A stretch of DNA of 64,000 nucleotides from an uncultured archaeon (GCA_964539655.1 CAZIJH010000004.1:14925-78924); one strand, 5' to 3'. Shown: positions 36,801-46,215, numbered from the stretch's first letter. Made by a program: numbers and translations. The notes: a model not told the origin generated them from the letters alone.

Positions 36801-37585
36801 ATTCGCAGGAGGATATTCCCCAGAACAGCGAAACGCTGCGGTTGAACAAATTTATAGGAGTGCTGATTTTGAACGAGGTTTCGGACGGATGGTCCATAGT
36901 GAAAATCTATTACGATGATTCGGAAGTTTCGTTGTCCGGAATTGACGAGAGATCATTGAGGATATGGGAATTGTATCCTGAAAAAAAATCCTGGTACAAG
37001 TTCGATTCTCCCGACGGCAATGTTGACACGAATAACAATATCGTCTGGGCGAACGTCTCGAATTCTGGAATTTACGGCGTGTTTGGTTCGGTGCATCAGG
37101 AAGAACCTGTCCAAGGTTCTCAGCCGAGTTCGTCTGGCGGAAGCGGTGGAGGAGTCGGCGGGGGCGGAAGTGGAGGAAATGTCGCGGGAAAAATTGAAAA
37201 GGAATCGCCACCAGATGAAGAAACAACTGACGAAAATATAAAGAATGACAAAAAAGACGAAAATGAAAATATTCGGGAATCAAAATCAGAAGAAGCCACT
37301 GACCACGACAACAAACCTTCTGAAAAATCGGAAAAGAATGTCCAATCAATAGCTCCGACGGGATTTTTTTTCTTTGTTCAGCCAAACTTGGGGATAATTT
37401 TCAGTGGAGCAGCACTGGCAACGGCTGCATTCATAGTTTACGGTAAAAATTTCCTGCCGAAATCAAATGGTGAAATTTTAGATCTTGCAAAGGAAAGATG
37501 GCGAAAAATTTGCAAAAAGTTGAAGTCGTTTGTCAGCAAAGGAAGGGCTCAGAAAACAATAGATTTATATATCACTAAGGAGTAG
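33839..37585 (+). CDS. large secreted surface (S-layer-like) glycoprotein candidate with a C-terminal TM anchor
   Basis: GTG start with a signal peptide, many N-x-S/T sequons, and a Gly/Ser-rich linker (SSSGGSGGGVGGGGSGGN). An acidic/Lys-rich spacer, a single TM helix preceded by PTGFFFF, and a ~50-aa basic cytoplasmic tail complete the protein. Confidence 0.65.
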   Translation: METAKICLALLFIFVILPKPGLGANPVPSPMDSLFGKNLYKAIIHVNAADKGEISAYYHKNFAGYGDNGFDAVFFTLDDNLMNITSEEPYNGGFESFTSWSSKESTVPGEYVGEKSSAKYLRGGNSLHASAKVSGENFGYAGAYQDMLWQVSAVAADLNFNFSIYPVAMDNKTEFPDSLFAVEFGFNYYNSRNYTPKMVLLFQENSSETFSDGSPFSNDFDTVYHVMNPQDQLKFNLWNTFSLNLTDLIVNYYGSEKALNLKINNIGIYAYSRNGADSEFYADVVKLSGNNAVQETFSTLTGSIKNYDSQELRMVPGERLEMQNVMLYLNKQDYFQKAGYGVDNTRKTIKMAHDDGGYLFVSKPDSSAEYRTNMFENLWPVDGMAVYFSRNMGREGFATDIWDYYLTNGIFAQGIAEAHPMYVSDAESYAKWLPAQYVYADDNSPESIVEALAQGRSFVERNRAKVPMMIFFSAENSQVPAGKFPVYVDSSRDEAVLDIELTNIPPEAKILRLIRNGTFLSDEPISGTSFSKTYTPSLPDKSNYFRIEILNSSSVMAFSNPIVYIKKNIDPDIWMALAPSLQQGSASSSIESISYSGKNLSFVVKSKRDVSVTTKIFSEKPPSEVMNAESWDYDPAAKIVRVETAGKNSDKTIVSFDSKHNRAPTWKDNSTSPLNPTFYFANAEYNFRISWEDDDGIGEVVFELNGANFTVEGNGDYSFAAKDLAAGNYEYRWYARDAMGMWNYTPIQNYEIKKSPINLVTLFLNGLANSDATTYESEINATAISQSGKPFLWRDGKNVGNPEIENLPAGKYLYKANASGNENYSSNHDGVSFYFTIDKDFTDTDPPKLNSHSIEAFMEGGKVFVNVTAFWSDNLEISENLIEENFTGIVRNTTMENQFVQPVDQGEFLFRLLANDTSNNFNATDFTAAVVDIQAGKVFVNFSGFGGDITYEFVTKNQTEPENKNTTSYFQILSDGKILNATVIIESYSQEDIPQNSETLRLNKFIGVLILNEVSDGWSIVKIYYDDSEVSLSGIDERSLRIWELYPEKKSWYKFDSPDGNVDTNNNIVWANVSNSGIYGVFGSVHQEEPVQGSQPSSSGGSGGGVGGGGSGGNVAGKIEKESPPDEETTDENIKNDKKDENENIRESKSEEATDHDNKPSEKSEKNVQSIAPTGFFFFVQPNLGIIFSGAALATAAFIVYGKNFLPKSNGEILDLAKERWRKICKKLKSFVSKGRAQKTIDLYITKE

Positions 37586-37594
37586 TATAAATAC

Positions 37595-38062
37595 ATGCTA
37601 AAGCCTGGATTAAAATGTAATCTGGCGTTTACGGAATCAATTCTTTCGGAAGACGAAGCTGTCGAATTATTGAAAGACAAAAGAAAGTCAGACGAGAATT
37701 TTCTTGACATAAGATTTTTCCAAAGGATATCAGACCCTGGCACGATAATCTACAGGGATCCTGCAAGGCTTGTGTTATACAGCAATGAAATGGGTAACAT
37801 GGATGAACCGCTTTATCCTGTATTTATACGAAGCAACTATCCGGCTGTCTATCCTGACATTCCTTTCACGCCGCGAATGATCAACGCTGAAATAAACAAT
37901 AGGTCTGTGCAAAGTAGGATTGAAGATCCTTCTGTCTGGATCGAAGAATACGAGAAAGAAGCAAAATTCTTTAAAATACAACTCTACTCAAGATATGAGA
38001 ACACTGCAGTCGGAAGAGGTTTGCTCAAAATCCAAAAACAGATCCATCCTATTCTCGCCTAA
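37595..38062 (+). CDS. hypothetical protein
   Basis: 155-aa ORF. Confidence 0.4.
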   Translation: MLKPGLKCNLAFTESILSEDEAVELLKDKRKSDENFLDIRFFQRISDPGTIIYRDPARLVLYSNEMGNMDEPLYPVFIRSNYPAVYPDIPFTPRMINAEINNRSVQSRIEDPSVWIEEYEKEAKFFKIQLYSRYENTAVGRGLLKIQKQIHPILA

Positions 38063-38069
38063 ATTATTT

Positions 38070-40406
38070 TTATTTTTTCTTCAAAACATCCTGCAAAATT
38101 TTCCTTTCCGCTTCGGCGACCTTGCTTCTGACTTTTTCGATCGCGTCAATGTTAACCGAAATGCTGTTGATTCCCTGTCCGACCAAAAATTCCACCAGAT
38201 CGAGATTGTTGCTTGGACCTTCGCCGCATATCGAAATTTCTACATTTTTTTTCTTGCAAGTTTTTATCACATAGGCGAACATCTTCTTCATCGCCGGATG
38301 CATCTCGTCGTACCTCTCGATCAATTTTGGATTGTTCCTGTCGAGCCCGAGCGTGAGCATCGTGAGATCATTTGATCCGAAGCTCGCAAATTTTATTCCG
38401 GCGTTGCACAAATCGTCAATGATATTGACTGCCGCGGGAGTCTCGATCATTACTCCAAGTTTCACTGTTTCGGGAAGCCCGACCTCGCTCGCGATTTCTT
38501 TTGCTTTCAAAAATTCGCCGACTGTAATCACAAACGGAATCATGACGTGAACATTCGTAAGTCCGTTATCATGCAATCTTTTTATCGCTTCGAACTCCGC
38601 CTTCAAAATCCCGGGCTCGTCCAATCCTCTTCGGATTCCGTGCCATCCCAGCATCGGGTTGTCTTCTTTCGGCTCGTCCTGGCCTCCGTCCAAATTTCTG
38701 AACTCGTCGCTTCTCGCATCGAGCGTACGGACCCAGACCGGTTTGGGATTGAATGCTTCTGCGATCGGGCTTATCCCGTCCATCAAAATTTTTATGTAAT
38801 CTTCCGAGCGGTCTTCGCGAATCAATTTCGCTGGATGAATTCCGGCCTTCGCTACGATGTGCTCGATTCTCATCAATCCAACTCCGTCAGCCTTTCCCAA
38901 AATTTCGTTTAATTTTTCTGCAAAGACAAGGTTGACTTTTACGTTGGTCACAGTTTGCGAAACTGCTGGATTTAATTTTTCTCGTGACGGCTCCGAAAAT
39001 TGTTCTGGTAATAACTGTTCCGATTTTTCTTCTCCGGTTTCGGCGGGTTGTTCCATGGAAATTTCTCCGGAATATATCATGCCATGATACGCATCGACTG
39101 TCACTATATCGCCGTCTTTGAAAATCTGCGTAGCTTTTTCTGTACCGACTATCGCGGGGATTCCCATCTCTCTGGATACTATAGCGGCGTGACTCGTTGC
39201 TCCCCCTAGATCCGTTATGATTGCTCCAGCCTTTTGCATCGTCGGAACCAAATCTGGAGAAGTCATCGTCGTTACAAGAATGTCTCCTTTCTCGACTTTT
39301 TCAATATCAACAAGTCCGCGAACAATTCTTATTTTTCCAGTTGCGATTCCCGGAGAAGCTCCGAGCCCTTTCAAAATCGGTTCGGATTCGGTTTTGAATT
39401 CCTCGACTTTTTTCGCTTTCGTTGTTATCGCGCGGGTTTGCACGATTTGCATCCTTGCCTTTTCAATCGCGAATTCCACGTCCTGCGGATTTTCGTAGTG
39501 TGCCTCGAGAAGCACTCCATACTCTGCGAGCCTGATAATTTCCTGGTCGGTCAAAACTTGCGATTCGATCTTGTCGCGCGGGACATTCAATTCTATTGTG
39601 TCGTCGGTCGCGTAATCGCGGATTTTCATCCTCGTCTTTTTCCCGATTTTCTTGCTGAGTATTTTTTCGTCGCGAGAAACGACGTACATGTCGGGCTCTA
39701 CGGATCCCGAGACAAGCATCTCGCCGAGACCCCACGTCGCCTCGATCACGATATTGTCTTCGCCCGTCGTCGGGTTCACTGTAAACATCACGCCGGATTT
39801 GTCCGAACTCACCATTCGCTGAACAATTACGGATATGCTCGAACGGTTTACCCCGTTTTTCTTCCTGTAAAAAATCGCGCGCGGCTCGTAGAGAGAGGCC
39901 CAGCAATTTTTAACTGCGTCAATCAAATTTTTTATTCCCTTGACATTCAGAAAACTTGCCTGCTGTCCAGCAAACGACGCGCTTGGAAGATCTTCGGCCG
40001 TCGCGGAACTCCTCACTGCAACAAGCGCCATGTCCCTCCCGGCGGAAATCAGCGACATTATTTTCTCGCTGGGCATCCTTTCGGAATAGGAAAGATTTCT
40101 GTAAACCTCAGTTATCTGATTTTTTATCGCGGCAGGCATGTCCTGAACAATTATCAATCTTTTTATTTTCTCGGAAGCCGCGATCAGGCTTTTTGTATCG
40201 TCGACATTCGTATTGTCGATTATCTGGTTGATCGCATTTCCGTTGTTGTTCAGTCCCATGAAATAGTCGAAAGCTTTCGTAGTCACTGCGAAGCCGAACG
40301 GCACTGGAAGTCCGAGTCCTATCATCTCACCGAGATTTGCTCCCTTGCCTCCGACGGTCGGGCCGTCGTCTTTTCCGACCTTGTCGAGCCAAACAACGTA
40401 ATCCAT
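38070..40406 (-). CDS. ppsA: phosphoenolpyruvate synthase (pyruvate, water dikinase)
   Basis: N-terminal ATP-grasp, the phosphohistidine motif GGATSHAAIVSREMGIPAIVG, and a C-terminal PEP-utilising domain. 778 aa. Confidence 0.9.
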   Translation of the reverse strand: MDYVVWLDKVGKDDGPTVGGKGANLGEMIGLGLPVPFGFAVTTKAFDYFMGLNNNGNAINQIIDNTNVDDTKSLIAASEKIKRLIIVQDMPAAIKNQITEVYRNLSYSERMPSEKIMSLISAGRDMALVAVRSSATAEDLPSASFAGQQASFLNVKGIKNLIDAVKNCWASLYEPRAIFYRKKNGVNRSSISVIVQRMVSSDKSGVMFTVNPTTGEDNIVIEATWGLGEMLVSGSVEPDMYVVSRDEKILSKKIGKKTRMKIRDYATDDTIELNVPRDKIESQVLTDQEIIRLAEYGVLLEAHYENPQDVEFAIEKARMQIVQTRAITTKAKKVEEFKTESEPILKGLGASPGIATGKIRIVRGLVDIEKVEKGDILVTTMTSPDLVPTMQKAGAIITDLGGATSHAAIVSREMGIPAIVGTEKATQIFKDGDIVTVDAYHGMIYSGEISMEQPAETGEEKSEQLLPEQFSEPSREKLNPAVSQTVTNVKVNLVFAEKLNEILGKADGVGLMRIEHIVAKAGIHPAKLIREDRSEDYIKILMDGISPIAEAFNPKPVWVRTLDARSDEFRNLDGGQDEPKEDNPMLGWHGIRRGLDEPGILKAEFEAIKRLHDNGLTNVHVMIPFVITVGEFLKAKEIASEVGLPETVKLGVMIETPAAVNIIDDLCNAGIKFASFGSNDLTMLTLGLDRNNPKLIERYDEMHPAMKKMFAYVIKTCKKKNVEISICGEGPSNNLDLVEFLVGQGINSISVNIDAIEKVRSKVAEAERKILQDVLKKK

Positions 40407-40470
40407 GAAAATATTTTGATTTGTTTTAAAATATAGACGCAGTTTTATTTAGCCGACAACAAATAATCTT

Positions 40471-41172
40471 ATGGCCATTAGCGAAAGGATGGATGCTCTT
40501 AATAAAAAATTGTACGTAATCACAAATAACTTGCAGGAATCCGGCAAGGAGATTTCCGCAAAAATCGAGCAAGGATTCGAAAATCATGGAAATCTGGCGA
40601 ACAAAGATAGAAAAGAGATGGACAAGTTCATTTCGAATTATCTGGATCTTTTCAGGCTTTATCAGAGGCAAATAATGGACGAGACGTACGATCTCCGCAA
40701 ATACGTAAAGGAGAGCGACAGAGAGAGGTTCACAGTCAAGGGACAGCTGATCGAGGACGAGCTTAAGGAGCTGTACAGAATCTCGAAATCCATGAAATCC
40801 GCCGAAAAAAACAAAGAAAGCATGCTGAAATATACCAGCGAAATGGTGAAAACAATGAGAATCATTGCGGAAGAATACAACGCATTCAGAGAATTCTTGC
40901 CCGAAAAACACAAAGAAAAAATGATGCACTCAGAAAGAGAAAAATACAGCAAGTACTTGGACATGAAAAATTTCTTCTCGATAGCGTTGGGAACAATTCT
41001 CATCGGATCGTTGCCTCTTTTCTCGTACCTGTCGAAGACAAATTCTTCTTCCGTGACAGGTTACGTTTCGCTGGGCACTCTCAATCCGACTTACATGATT
41101 GTTGCAACCGTGATAGGAGCTATGATTCTTGCGGCGTTCGCATTCCTGATTTTCAGGAAGAAAAGGAAATAA
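40471..41172 (+). CDS. hypothetical coiled-coil membrane protein
   Basis: Charged N-terminus, two C-terminal TM helices. Confidence 0.4.
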   Translation: MAISERMDALNKKLYVITNNLQESGKEISAKIEQGFENHGNLANKDRKEMDKFISNYLDLFRLYQRQIMDETYDLRKYVKESDRERFTVKGQLIEDELKELYRISKSMKSAEKNKESMLKYTSEMVKTMRIIAEEYNAFREFLPEKHKEKMMHSEREKYSKYLDMKNFFSIALGTILIGSLPLFSYLSKTNSSSVTGYVSLGTLNPTYMIVATVIGAMILAAFAFLIFRKKRK

Positions 41173-41177
41173 TTTTT

Positions 41178-41696
41178 TTATTCTTCAATTACCACCCTGA
41201 GCGGGGTGGAAATCTTCAATCCGAATTTCTTGACGGCGAGCTTCGCTATCTGAAGATTCGTTTTTGAAACTTTCATCTGGATGAGCCTTTCGCCGGAATG
41301 CAGCTGCACCGCAGTGCCGACCGGCTTTCCGAAAGCGTGGGCCATTCCCTGAGAATAACGGTCGGCTCCCGCTCCTGTCGCGATAGGCTTCTCGCGGAGG
41401 ACGTGATGCGGATATTTCAAAATTTTCATGAAATAGTTTGTCGGTCCGGCCTTCGTGTCCAAGAACTTGTTCGCGACTATTCTTGCTGCCTCGAGCGCGT
41501 TGTCGCGTATCTGAACAGACTTCACAGCAACTGCGAAAACATTGGTGTCATAAGTTCCTGTCCTGTTTCCCATTTCGAACTGGTGGGTCTTAGGGAAGGG
41601 AACACCGACTACGTAAGATTTCTTAGGAACCCTCTGGCTCTGCCTCGTGTAAGGCCTTTCCAGATTCCTGATTGTTCGTCCTGGTCTCAGCGGCAT
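41178..41696 (-). CDS. rpl10e: 50S ribosomal protein L10e (uL16)
   Basis: MPLRPGRTIRNLERPYTR is the canonical archaeal L10e N-terminus. Confidence 0.9.
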   Translation of the reverse strand: MPLRPGRTIRNLERPYTRQSQRVPKKSYVVGVPFPKTHQFEMGNRTGTYDTNVFAVAVKSVQIRDNALEAARIVANKFLDTKAGPTNYFMKILKYPHHVLREKPIATGAGADRYSQGMAHAFGKPVGTAVQLHSGERLIQMKVSKTNLQIAKLAVKKFGLKISTPLRVVIEE

Positions 41697-41793
41697 CGAA
41701 TCACTTTACTTATTGTTGTAAGATTCGATTTAAATCTTTTTAAAACTTGCCCGGATTCAAATATTTATCCGAAAAGGCCGAAAAATTCCATAT

Positions 41794-42297
41794 ATGGCAA
41801 GGCCCAGCTGGGACGAATATTTCATGCAGCTCGCAAGAGCCGTTGCCGAGCGCGCGACGTGCGACCGCGGAAAAAGCGGATGCATAATTGTGAAAAACAA
41901 GAGGGTTCTCTGCACAGGATACGTCGGATCCACGCCGGGGATGCCGCACTGCGACGAGGCGGGACATCTGTTGAGGAAGGTCACTTACGAAAACGGGGAA
42001 ACAAAGGAACACTGCATGAGGACGATCCATGCGGAGCAGAACGCGATATTGCAGGCCGCGAAATTCGGGATATCGATAGATGGCGCCACAATATATTGCA
42101 AGATGACTCCGTGCAGGAACTGCGCGATGGCGATAAGCAATGCGGGCATACAGAGGGTCGTCGCCGAGAAGGATTACCAGGCGGGCCAGGATTCAAAAGA
42201 AATTTTCAAGGTCGCGAACATAGAGCTCGCAATTCTAAATCCGGAAGTGGAAGCTTACGCGAACGTAAATCCTGTAAACGCGGCAATCAATCCTTAA
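41794..42297 (+). CDS. dCMP deaminase (cytidine/deoxycytidylate deaminase family)
   Basis: HAEQNAIL (zinc His/Glu) and TPCRNCAMAI (PCxxC). Confidence 0.85.
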   Translation: MARPSWDEYFMQLARAVAERATCDRGKSGCIIVKNKRVLCTGYVGSTPGMPHCDEAGHLLRKVTYENGETKEHCMRTIHAEQNAILQAAKFGISIDGATIYCKMTPCRNCAMAISNAGIQRVVAEKDYQAGQDSKEIFKVANIELAILNPEVEAYANVNPVNAAINP

Positions 42298-42353
42298 ATA
42301 CCACGTAGAATCAATATTTTAATTATTCAATTCAAAAACTCGGAGGTGAAAAG

Positions 42354-42518
42354 ATGGCATTAGTAGTCAAGTCTGCTGTTCGCGGTGCGTTGAAAGGAAT
42401 GCGAGCAAGCGGCGATTTCTTCAAGGCTCTTGACAAGCATGTTGCCGAGGAATTATCCAGAGCAATAGCGAGAGCGAAGGGAAACGGAAGAAAGACGCTC
42501 AGACCGGAAGACTTGTAA
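42354..42518 (+). CDS. DUF1931-family small protein (54 aa)
   Basis: Unlisted ORF MALVVKSAVRGALKGMRASGDFFKALDKHVAEELSRAIARAKGNGRKTLRPEDL, preceded by GGAGGTGA. Pattern typical of archaeal DUF1931 histone-fold-like proteins. Confidence 0.5.
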   Translation: MALVVKSAVRGALKGMRASGDFFKALDKHVAEELSRAIARAKGNGRKTLRPEDL

Positions 42519-42565
42519 TTAACAAACTAGTGCCGAGCCAAAATCTCGGCCTAATTTTTTCTTAC

Positions 42566-43267
42566 TTACCCGATAATTTTTATCGAGCTTCTCACAAAAT
42601 CTTCAAAATTACTTTTGGAAAATTTCTTAATCTTGTTCCACATTGTTTTGTGCTGAGGATATATTTTGAATTTGTATCTGAAGCCCGGCAATTTTAGTTT
42701 TAGCATAGGATAATTCACCGCTATTTCTGAAAGATCCCAGACAGTTCCCTTTGATTTTTCCTTCTCGTTTTTATTGTATTTTATTTTCATCCTGTCCAGC
42801 GATTCCCAAAAATGCAGATGAACAAGCTCATGTATGACGACCTCCAACGCATCAGCATGAGTGATTGAAGGAAATACTGACACAAGATTGCCAACTTTGG
42901 CATCGTAACATCCTCCACAAATGAATGTCGAACTCAAATGGCATTTGTATGCGCGATATTTGAAATCGAATCCTGTGATATCTTTCACTTGGTTGAAAAA
43001 TTTCGCACCAATCTTATTCCATTTTCTTTCCAAAATCTTGCCGTCTTTTTTGGTTTTTTGTAGTATCTTGCGCTTGTTCTGTTTGAAATATTTTATCAAT
43101 TGTTTGTCGCTTTTGCCCATTGCTTCTGGATAGTATCTTCTAAGGAAAAAATCATTAAACATCTTTTCTCCGAAAACTTCTCTGACTCTTGGAAAGAACT
43201 TTTTAATAAAATAAATGTCCTTGTCGAAATCTGTCACAAAAATTAATTTTTGGTTATCTTTTTTCAT
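42566..43267 (-). CDS. hypothetical protein with an HExxH motif (putative zinc metallopeptidase)
   Basis: VIHELVHLHFWE. Confidence 0.45.
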   Translation of the reverse strand: MKKDNQKLIFVTDFDKDIYFIKKFFPRVREVFGEKMFNDFFLRRYYPEAMGKSDKQLIKYFKQNKRKILQKTKKDGKILERKWNKIGAKFFNQVKDITGFDFKYRAYKCHLSSTFICGGCYDAKVGNLVSVFPSITHADALEVVIHELVHLHFWESLDRMKIKYNKNEKEKSKGTVWDLSEIAVNYPMLKLKLPGFRYKFKIYPQHKTMWNKIKKFSKSNFEDFVRSSIKIIG

Positions 43268-43321
43268 TGCTACCTTTCTATAAATTACTACCTTTTATAT
43301 TTTAAAGTCGAATTTCTCTTA

Positions 43322-43888
43322 ATGAAAGTCGTCGGTCTCACCGGGACGATCGGTTCCGGAAAGGAAGTCGTCAAGGAATTTCTGGAAAAGAATTTCAACA
43401 CGGCGACTGTCACGCTTTCAAGCTTGCTTAAAGAAGAGTCTTTGATAAAAAAAGGAATTAAGATAACAAGAGATATCAGGCAGAATCTGGGCAACGAATT
43501 GAGAAAACAATACGGTCCGGAAATTTTGGTGAAGATCGCGATAGGATTCATGCCGAGGAACAAGGACTTACTGGTTATTGACGGGCTGAGGAATCCCGCC
43601 GAATCGGATTTCCTCAAGAAAAATTTCGGAGAAAATTACAAGTTGGTGGGAGTTGACGCGCCGAAAGAAGTCAGGTTCGACAGGACTTTGAAAAGAGGAA
43701 AGGAGTCTGATCCGAAAACTTTCGAAGAATTTTTGCAGGTAGACGAGAGGGACCAGGGAAAAGGCGAGCCGTCGTACGGTCAGCAGGTTGGAGAATGCAT
43801 GCAGATGGCCGATTTCGTTGTCGACAACAGCGGGACGATGGAAGAGCTGAAAAGAAAATTGCAGGAACTTCTGAAAGTTCTCGAGTGA
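43322..43888 (+). CDS. P-loop nucleotide kinase (dNMP/dephospho-CoA-kinase-like)
   Basis: Walker A GLTGTIGSGKE. Sits in a dCMP-deaminase/thymidylate-kinase neighbourhood. Confidence 0.55.
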   Translation: MKVVGLTGTIGSGKEVVKEFLEKNFNTATVTLSSLLKEESLIKKGIKITRDIRQNLGNELRKQYGPEILVKIAIGFMPRNKDLLVIDGLRNPAESDFLKKNFGENYKLVGVDAPKEVRFDRTLKRGKESDPKTFEEFLQVDERDQGKGEPSYGQQVGECMQMADFVVDNSGTMEELKRKLQELLKVLE

Positions 43889-43934
43889 AAAATACTTTTT
43901 TATAGTTTGCATCTCATCTAATAATTAGATTTTA

Positions 43935-44546
43935 ATGAAAGGCTCGCTGATTGTCATCGAGGGAATCGACGGCGCGGGCGGGGAGACCCAGACAAGGCTC
44001 CTGAAGGATTATCTCAATTCGAGAGGAAAAAATGTTCTGCCTTTGTCGTATCCCGAATATTCCGGAGGAATCGGCAGTCTCATCAACGATTTTCTGCATA
44101 AGAAATACGATTTTGACGCCGACGTGCAGTTCGCATTGTACGCGGCGGACATGGTGAAGGACAGGAAAAAGATTTCCGATTTCATTTCGGACGGAGGCGT
44201 GATAGTCGCGAACCGCTACCTGACTTCGACCTTGACGTACCAGACGATCAAGGGATTCGAGCTCGAGAAAGGTTTGAAGTTCGCGGAACTTTTCGGCCTG
44301 CCTGTTCCGAATCTTGTGATTTTTGTGGACATCGATGCCGAAACTTCCATGCGAAGAAAAATGGGCGAGAAAAATAGTCTCGACAGGCACGAGGCCGACA
44401 AGCAGCTGCTGGAAAATGTGAGAGGACGCTACCTTGAATTGGCGAGCAAAAATGTTTTTGCAAAAGAATGGAAAGTCATTGACGGCACGAAGCCGATAGA
44501 CGAAGTCGCAAAAGAAATCCAGCAGATAGTTTTGAAGTTACTCTGA
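43935..44546 (+). CDS. tmk: thymidylate kinase
   Basis: IEGIDGAGGETQ P-loop, DRY-like NRYLTS, and a lid region. 203 aa. Confidence 0.85.
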   Translation: MKGSLIVIEGIDGAGGETQTRLLKDYLNSRGKNVLPLSYPEYSGGIGSLINDFLHKKYDFDADVQFALYAADMVKDRKKISDFISDGGVIVANRYLTSTLTYQTIKGFELEKGLKFAELFGLPVPNLVIFVDIDAETSMRRKMGEKNSLDRHEADKQLLENVRGRYLELASKNVFAKEWKVIDGTKPIDEVAKEIQQIVLKLL

Positions 44547-44894
44547 TTTCTTAGTGTTTTCTCGAAGTTTTTCCTGGAGAAGTTCTACGCATGGCTCGTC
44601 CTCGATTTTGTTGTCAGGGACTCTGAAGACTGAGAGGCTCGAGGATCCGTAATATGCCGAAGCAGCATTATACAGGCTGCGTTTACTGCTCTGCCCGCAA
44701 AGAATTCCTTTCTGATAAGCTACATATGTTCCCCTGTATCTTTCAAGTGTGCCTGTAAGAAGATCGTTGATGAAGCACGCTGCGTTGCCTTCTGTAGAAT
44801 TTGCACGATCGTCATGAGCCGCCAGCTCACCGTGACTGTAAAGAAATTCGCTGAGACTGATTATATTTAATTTATCTTTTTCTTCAACTGACAT
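44538..44894 (-). CDS. hypothetical protein
   Basis: 118-aa ORF. Confidence 0.35.
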   Translation of the reverse strand: MSVEEKDKLNIISLSEFLYSHGELAAHDDRANSTEGNAACFINDLLTGTLERYRGTYVAYQKGILCGQSSKRSLYNAASAYYGSSSLSVFRVPDNKIEDEPCVELLQEKLRENTKKSE

Positions 44895-44934
44895 GAACTA
44901 GAATTAATACGCTAAACATTTAACTTTAAAGAAA

Positions 44935-46134
44935 TTACATTCCCAGGAATCTGTGCGCAAAAGAATTCTCGTGCTTCTTTTCCTTTTCCTCGTTCACTTT
45001 TACTATTTTCGCTATGCGCCTGATCTCTTCAGAAATTTTCTTCGCGGATTCCTCGTTGTTTCCCACACCGACACAATTTCCAACTCCGACAACAACAATA
45101 TTGTTTCCCTTGGTGTTCGCTATGTTTTTCTCGACCATCTTTATCACATTTGGCACGGCGTCAAGCACTTCCGTCCTCATAGGCATTATCGCTTCCTCCT
45201 GGCCCATCTTTATTGCGACCGCGTCAAGGGGAATTCCTTTCTCTGCCGAAAGATTGTCAATGTAGGCGCTGTCTATCCCGATTCCTCCAATCGCAACTCC
45301 TATTCCTTCTGCTATGGATCCGGTCTTCTCGCCCTCAAGTTTCCCAGCTGCATCGACCGTTATAATTTTAGAAATTTTCTGTTTCTTAGAAATGTTCTCA
45401 ATTACCTTTCCGATTCTTCCAAGCCTTCCACCCGGGCCTTTTGCGCGGACAATGTAAACAGTTTTTCCCTTGATTTTTTTCTTCGCGACAATCGTGTCGT
45501 CTTCGACTTCTTTCACTGGGCTCTTGCCGATCAAATACGAAGCGACTAGCGGTCCTACGGAATCACCGACCGGCCAGCCGTTTGCGAACGCCTCGGTTCC
45601 TTTGAGAAGGGCCTTCGAGAATTTTTCAATCATTGGAAGCTGCATTTGGAGCATCATTGCTATCTGCAGGTTCTTGGTTTTCTTTACAGTCTCGACGAAA
45701 TGCCTGACTATCTTCGCGATCTGGTTCAGCGTCATCGCGCCAGACAGGCTCATTACCAAATTCGCCTTTTCTTCTTTCGGCATCTTAGGCGCGACCTGGT
45801 CCGCAAAATAATTCATCTTCTTGTCGTGCATGACAACCACGTTTTCAATTTTCTTCATTATTCCGAACGGGTCCGTCGTCACTGGTCCGATCAAAAAGAA
45901 TTCCAGAAAATTCGAGACCGCTTCCCTTATTTCCCTGGTAGGATTCTTGCTGATTTTTCTCAGGACGATGTTTTTTCCGCTGTGCCTGAAATTCTCGAGC
46001 ATGATCGCGGACCTTTCCAATACCAAGACCATCTGCGCGACCATCAGTCTTGGATAGAAAAATATGAAAAGCGAGAAAGATACGATTACCCAAATCATGT
46101 TAATGACGAAATCGTCTGAAATGCCGAATACCAA
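44935..46134 (-). CDS. DUF1512-family archaeal membrane protein
   Basis: N-terminal TM, with overall length and pattern recalled for DUF1512. Confidence 0.5.
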   Translation of the reverse strand: MVFGISDDFVINMIWVIVSFSLFIFFYPRLMVAQMVLVLERSAIMLENFRHSGKNIVLRKISKNPTREIREAVSNFLEFFLIGPVTTDPFGIMKKIENVVVMHDKKMNYFADQVAPKMPKEEKANLVMSLSGAMTLNQIAKIVRHFVETVKKTKNLQIAMMLQMQLPMIEKFSKALLKGTEAFANGWPVGDSVGPLVASYLIGKSPVKEVEDDTIVAKKKIKGKTVYIVRAKGPGGRLGRIGKVIENISKKQKISKIITVDAAGKLEGEKTGSIAEGIGVAIGGIGIDSAYIDNLSAEKGIPLDAVAIKMGQEEAIMPMRTEVLDAVPNVIKMVEKNIANTKGNNIVVVGVGNCVGVGNNEESAKKISEEIRRIAKIVKVNEEKEKKHENSFAHRFLGM

Positions 46135-46215
46135 ATTGTCACCTTTTTAAGAATGTATACCTAAATAATATATTAACTTACTTATAAAGCACTGCTTAAA
46201 AAAAGATGGAATTTT

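Noticed and set aside
37120-37314. Repetitive Gly/Ser/Pro-rich stretch that could be read as a simple-sequence repeat or another gene
   Set aside because: It is the in-frame Gly/Ser linker of the large surface protein (SSSGGSGGGVGGGGSGGN). The antisense ORF there is a shadow.
33839-37585. PGF-CTERM / archaeosortase sorting signal at the C-terminus of the surface protein
   Set aside because: The motif is PTGF rather than PGF. The cytoplasmic tail is ~50 aa rather than a short basic stub. This may instead be a plain C-terminal TM anchor, so it is kept only as a query in the finding.
39234-40436. 400-aa plus-strand ORF antisense to ppsA
   Set aside because: It lies entirely inside the well-supported PEP synthase gene on the opposite strand and is Arg/His/Cys-rich and low-complexity. 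It is a typical antisense shadow ORF.
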